A stretch of 64,000 nt of DNA from Phycisphaerae bacterium. Its GTDB lineage: Bacteria; Planctomycetota; Phycisphaerae; UBA1845. Where the stretch lies: positions 2,048,001-2,112,000 of the forward strand of contig CAXXGO010000006.1 of the NCBI GenBank assembly GCA_963666835.2. Reading direction: 5' to 3'. The notes below the pieces were generated by a model, which was given only the letters and a program-made list of their open reading frames with translations, was not told the origin of the DNA and made no database searches. Below are positions 60,696 to 64,000 of this stretch, piece by piece. Numbering within the stretch: position 1 is the first letter of the stretch; every line of letters starts with the position of its first letter. A program made the translations under genes and the position numbers.

Positions 60696-63600
60696 ATGAA
60701 GAAGCTGTTGAAGGCGTTCAAGAGCCTCCCGCGGGAAGTTCGTACCATGCTGGCGATGGCCGGACTGGCCTCACCCATCGGGGCGATCTACGCGCTCAAG
60801 CGTTTCTTCTTCCCCGGGGTGAAGTTGTGGGTGTTGATCATCTGCGTCGCCGCGGCGATCGCCGTACTGGCGCTGTTGGGCTATGTCATCTCCAAGATTT
60901 TCAAACGGGGTGGCAAGAAGCGTTCCCAGCGCATGGCGACCGAGCTGGCCAGCGACTCCACCGGCGGGCCCGCGGGGATGGATGTCAGCGCTGCGATCAA
61001 GGCCAACAACGAGAAGTTCTTCACGGCCGTTCGGGAGATGCGCAAGGACGTCGGCATCAGCGTTTACGACTTGCCCTGGTATATCGTGATGGGCGATTCG
61101 GGCTGCGGCAAGACGTACCTGGTCAACAACGGCGGGTTGACGTTTTCACGAGGTAAGCCGGAGGGGTATCAGCTCGGCACGTTGAACTACAACTGGTGGT
61201 TCACCGAGGACGCGGTCTTCATCGATATGGCCGGGCGGCTGTGCAACCCGCAGGATGACAGTGACCGGCGGGAATGGGAGGCGTTTCTCGGAACGGTGGG
61301 ACGCGGGCGCAAGGGTTTCCCCATCAACGGCGCGATCGTCTGCGTATCGGCCGAGCATCTTCTGCAGGATTCTCCGGAGAAGCATGAGTCTGACGCCAAC
61401 ATCGCTCTGGAGCGTTTGCGCGACCTGCAGACGAAGTTGGGCGTCACGTTCGCTACTTATCTGATTGTCACCAAGTGCGACAAGATCCCGGGTTTCATGC
61501 AGTTTTTCGATCGGGCGGATCGCGACATCACGGTTAAAAACCAAGTTTTTGGTTGGTCGAAGCCCGGGGAGTTCAATGATCTGTACGACCCGGAGAAGTT
61601 CAAAGGTGATTTCGATTCAGTGTACGCCCGGCTCAACGAGCTGCGGTTGAGGAGGCTCAACGACGACGCGGACGATATCGAACTGGGGTTGGCCTACAGT
61701 TTTCCAGAGGAATTCAGGGAACTTTCGGCCCCGTTGGAGACTTATGTCCGCACGCTCTTCCCGATGATCAGAAACCCGCGGGCGGTGAAGAACCTGTTGT
61801 TCCGCGGGGTCTACTTCACCAGTGCCACGCAGGAAGGCGAACTGATCCTCAAGCACCTCAAGTCCCGGCTGGGGGAGGATGTCGCGGGGCAGTTTGCGCC
61901 GTTGGAGGCGCTGTATCCAACCAAGCGGCCGCACTTTATCAAGGACGTGCTCTTCAAGAAGGTGTTCCCTGAGCACGGTCTGGTGTTCCGTAACGAGCAA
62001 CAGGTGTTAAGGAACCGCCGGCTCAGCAAGGTGTTGAAGGTCAGTACGGTGGCCCTGGGCATCGTCTTTACGGCCGCTTTTCTGTGGAGTTTCTTCAGGT
62101 TTGAGGATCTGATCATCGAACCTCGGCAGCATGCCCAAGTGGTGGCCGAGGAGCCGGCCGCCCGGAGCGCGGACCAGGTGCTGCGCCACGCCACGACTAT
62201 TGCGGAGGACATATCGTATCTGGAAGCCAACCACATGGTGGCCCGGGTGTTGTCGATCGGAATCGGGCATGATGAACCGGTGAACCACTTGCGCACGATG
62301 CGGGTCCGGCTCATCGAGGCCGGTATCGAGCGGGTCCTGGCCGAGGTTGATGAGGTTCTTCGATCGGGCGGCAACTTCGATTGGCGTCGTCCCGGCAAGG
62401 CGGAGGCGTTTGCGAACGCCTTGGAGCAGTACATACGTTGGTACGGCTGCCGAGGACAAGCCGGTTTGCCCGCGGGTCTGGATGTGGAGGGGTTTGAAGC
62501 GATCAGCGCGCTGGCGCCCTCGGGCTCGATTGCAGGACAAGCGGGCTTTATGGATCAAGCCGGTTGGTATTTCGAGACGCTACGGGAGGGGGACGGAGTT
62601 GAGCAGGTGAACCCCGCCCGGCTGCTGAAGCTCGTAGCGGATGACCCGCGCGACACCATCCTGAAGGCAATCGAATCGGTCTACCGGTTTCATCTTACGC
62701 GTTATGCCACGTTCAACGAGGAGCATCCGAATGTGGTAATCCGAGAGTGGATGCGGCTGCGGCGGCAGTGCATGGAGGTTCAGCAGAGCTATGAACAGAT
62801 GCTCGGTGCGGCGGACCGGGCAGGCGAAATCGAGACTGTGGAGGAGCTTCGCGAGCTTCAGGGTCAGTTCGTCGACCAGTTTGGAATACTCGACGAAGCT
62901 CTGGCGGGACTGCAGTGGCGGGCGGAGCAGTCCGGGTCGTTTCTGCAGGACATTCTGCCTCTGAAAAGGGGAATCCTGCAACAGCGCGACGTCTGGTTGG
63001 ATTACGAGAAGCGCCTACGTGAGGCGGCGACCCACTGCGTGGCGGTGGATCCGAAGATATCCGAGTCGATCGACTCGATCAGCGCGGGGAACCGGACCCT
63101 GCAGCGCGGCGGTTTGGATGAGACTCTCTGGCGCAACCTGGTGGAGCTGGGCATCGCCCAAGTGCCTTATCGGGTCGGGGTCTATGACCAGGAGGATCTG
63201 GGTCAGTTGATCCGAGAGGTCTACGAGTTCTTTGCGGAAATCGTGGAGCTGGTCAAGGGCGACAGCGAGTTCAACCCCGACGAGCTCAAGCTGACGACCG
63301 ACGCCGAGGCGGTGCGGGATCATCTTCGCACGATCAGCGAGAATCTGGCGGGGGCGAACTTCGAGGTTTCGGCGGATCTCCGCGGAGAGACGATGGAGGG
63401 CTGGATCGACACGGCCTACGACCATCTGGAGAAGTTGGATAAAGAGCAGGATTCGGCCGACGTTGCCGGGCTGTCACAGTTCTGGCAGCCGGAGGCCCTC
63501 GAGTTTCTCTATCAAGAGCATCGAACGTTGATTCTGCTGGGGGAAGGGACGCGCCTGCTGAATACGATCATTGACCGATTGTCCGGGCTGGGGCCGTGGG

Positions 63601-64000
63601 GTATCGCTGAGTTGGTGCCTTACGACGAATACGCGGCGGAGATGCAGTCGCCGTATTCGATCCGAACGCCGATGCGTGGTTCCGAGGTGCGCGAGAGCGG
63701 CGATACTTCAACGGCGCGTAAGCCGAAGACGACCAAGAGAACGGGAAGAAGGCGTCGCCGGGGTGGGGACTCGTTCGGTGAAGATGTCCGCGGGGCCGAA
63801 CGTCATACGGTTGCACCCCATGAAGAACGGCGATCAGGCGGAGGGAACGGGCGGATTCCGGCTTGCGTTTCGCACGATTTCCTGAATGAACGAGCGGAAG
63901 AGGTGGTGTCTTTGCTGATGGTGCTGGGCGACATGAGAGGCGCTTTTCTGGGAGAGACCCGGGGGAACACGTCGCTGGATCAGCGGTGTATCAGCAAGTT
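60696..64000 (+). CDS. tssM: Type VI secretion membrane subunit TssM/IcmF (runs off window end)
   Basis: Manual translation from ATG 60696: N-terminal TMs, YDLPWYIVMGDSGCGKT, NWWFTEDAVFIDMAG, PINGAIV, TKCD, LFRGVYFTS, then a TM. No stop in the stretches read, and the same frame is open at the window end. Confidence 0.92.
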   Translation, partial: MKKLLKAFKSLPREVRTMLAMAGLASPIGAIYALKRFFFPGVKLWVLIICVAAAIAVLALLGYVISKIFKRGGKKRSQRMATELASDSTGGPAGMDVSAAIKANNEKFFTAVREMRKDVGISVYDLPWYIVMGDSGCGKTYLVNNGGLTFSRGKPEGYQLGTLNYNWWFTEDAVFIDMAGRLCNPQDDSDRREWEAFLGTVGRGRKGFPINGAIVCVSAEHLLQDSPEKHESDANIALERLRDLQTKLGVTFATYLIVTKCDKIPGFMQFFDRADRDITVKNQVFGWSKPGEFNDLYDPEKFKGDFDSVYARLNELRLRRLNDDADDIELGLAYSFPEEFRELSAPLETYVRTLFPMIRNPRAVKNLLFRGVYFTSATQEGELILKHLKSRLGEDVAGQFAPLEALYPTKRPHFIKDVLFKKVFPEHGLVFRNEQQVLRNRRLSKVLKVSTVALGIVFTAAFLWSFFRFEDLIIEPRQHAQVVAEEPAARSADQVLRHATTIAEDISYLEANHMVARVLSIGIGHDEPVNHLRTMRVRLIEAGIERVLAEVDEVLRSGGNFDWRRPGKAEAFANALEQYIRWYGCRGQAGLPAGLDVEGFEAISALAPSGSIAGQAGFMDQAGWYFETLREGDGVEQVNPARLLKLVADDPRDTILKAIESVYRFHLTRYATFNEEHPNVVIREWMRLRRQCMEVQQSYEQMLGAADRAGEIETVEELRELQGQFVDQFGILDEALAGLQWRAEQSGSFLQDILPLKRGILQQRDVWLDYEKRLREAATHCVAVDPKISESIDSISAGNRTLQRGGLDETLWRNLVELGIAQVPYRVGVYDQEDLGQLIREVYEFFAEIVELVKGDSEFNPDELKLTTDAEAVRDHLRTISENLAGANFEVSADLRGETMEGWIDTAYDHLEKLDKEQDSADVAGLSQFWQPEALEFLYQEHRTLILLGEGTRLLNTIIDRLSGLGPWGIAELVPYDEYAAEMQSPYSIRTPMRGSEVRESGDTSTARKPKTTKRTGRRRRRGGDSFGEDVRGAERHTVAPHEERRSGGGNGRIPACVSHDFLNERAEEVVSLLMVLGDMRGAFLGETRGNTSLDQRCISK

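Overview
A GC-rich bacterial chromosomal window, most likely from a planctomycete of class Phycisphaerae. That placement is inferred from the dockerin-like 'DNDVDLADFASFQNCFTG' tails, the 'RETKVGL' LysM membrane protein and a dcw cluster lacking ftsA/ftsZ. From left to right it holds an NfeD/flotillin pair, a REP mosaic, a LarA-family gene, a Tat-exported glycosylasparaginase, ogt, a secreted transglutaminase-like protein and miaA-ABC-GT4. Next come a long dcw cluster (mraZ, rsmH, LysM protein, ftsL, ftsI, murE, murF, mraY, ftsW, murG, murC, murB, ddl, ftsQ-like) and two similar multi-TM genes flanking an AbrB/Doc toxin-antitoxin pair. These are followed by ilvC, mgtE, alaS, a kinase-like gene, an O-antigen-ligase/TPR gene, hslVU, rpsU, an SDR and the start of a type VI secretion locus (tssJ-like, tssK, tssL, tssM, running off the window end). 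The best novel candidates are three. (1) A stand-alone, highly structured ~300-nt minus-strand transcript with its own promoter and terminator, carrying a 12-nt perfect complement to the 16S rRNA 3' tail and a 9-codon ORF. (2) A T6SS variant in which the kinase looks catalytically dead and the gene at the usual fha position has a coiled coil instead of an FHA domain, with a doubly coupled 47-aa micro-ORF nearby. (3) An FtsZ-less dcw cluster with an inserted LysM protein and an internal TGTGA/GTGATATCAC site array. All calls are from manual reading; no database searches were run.
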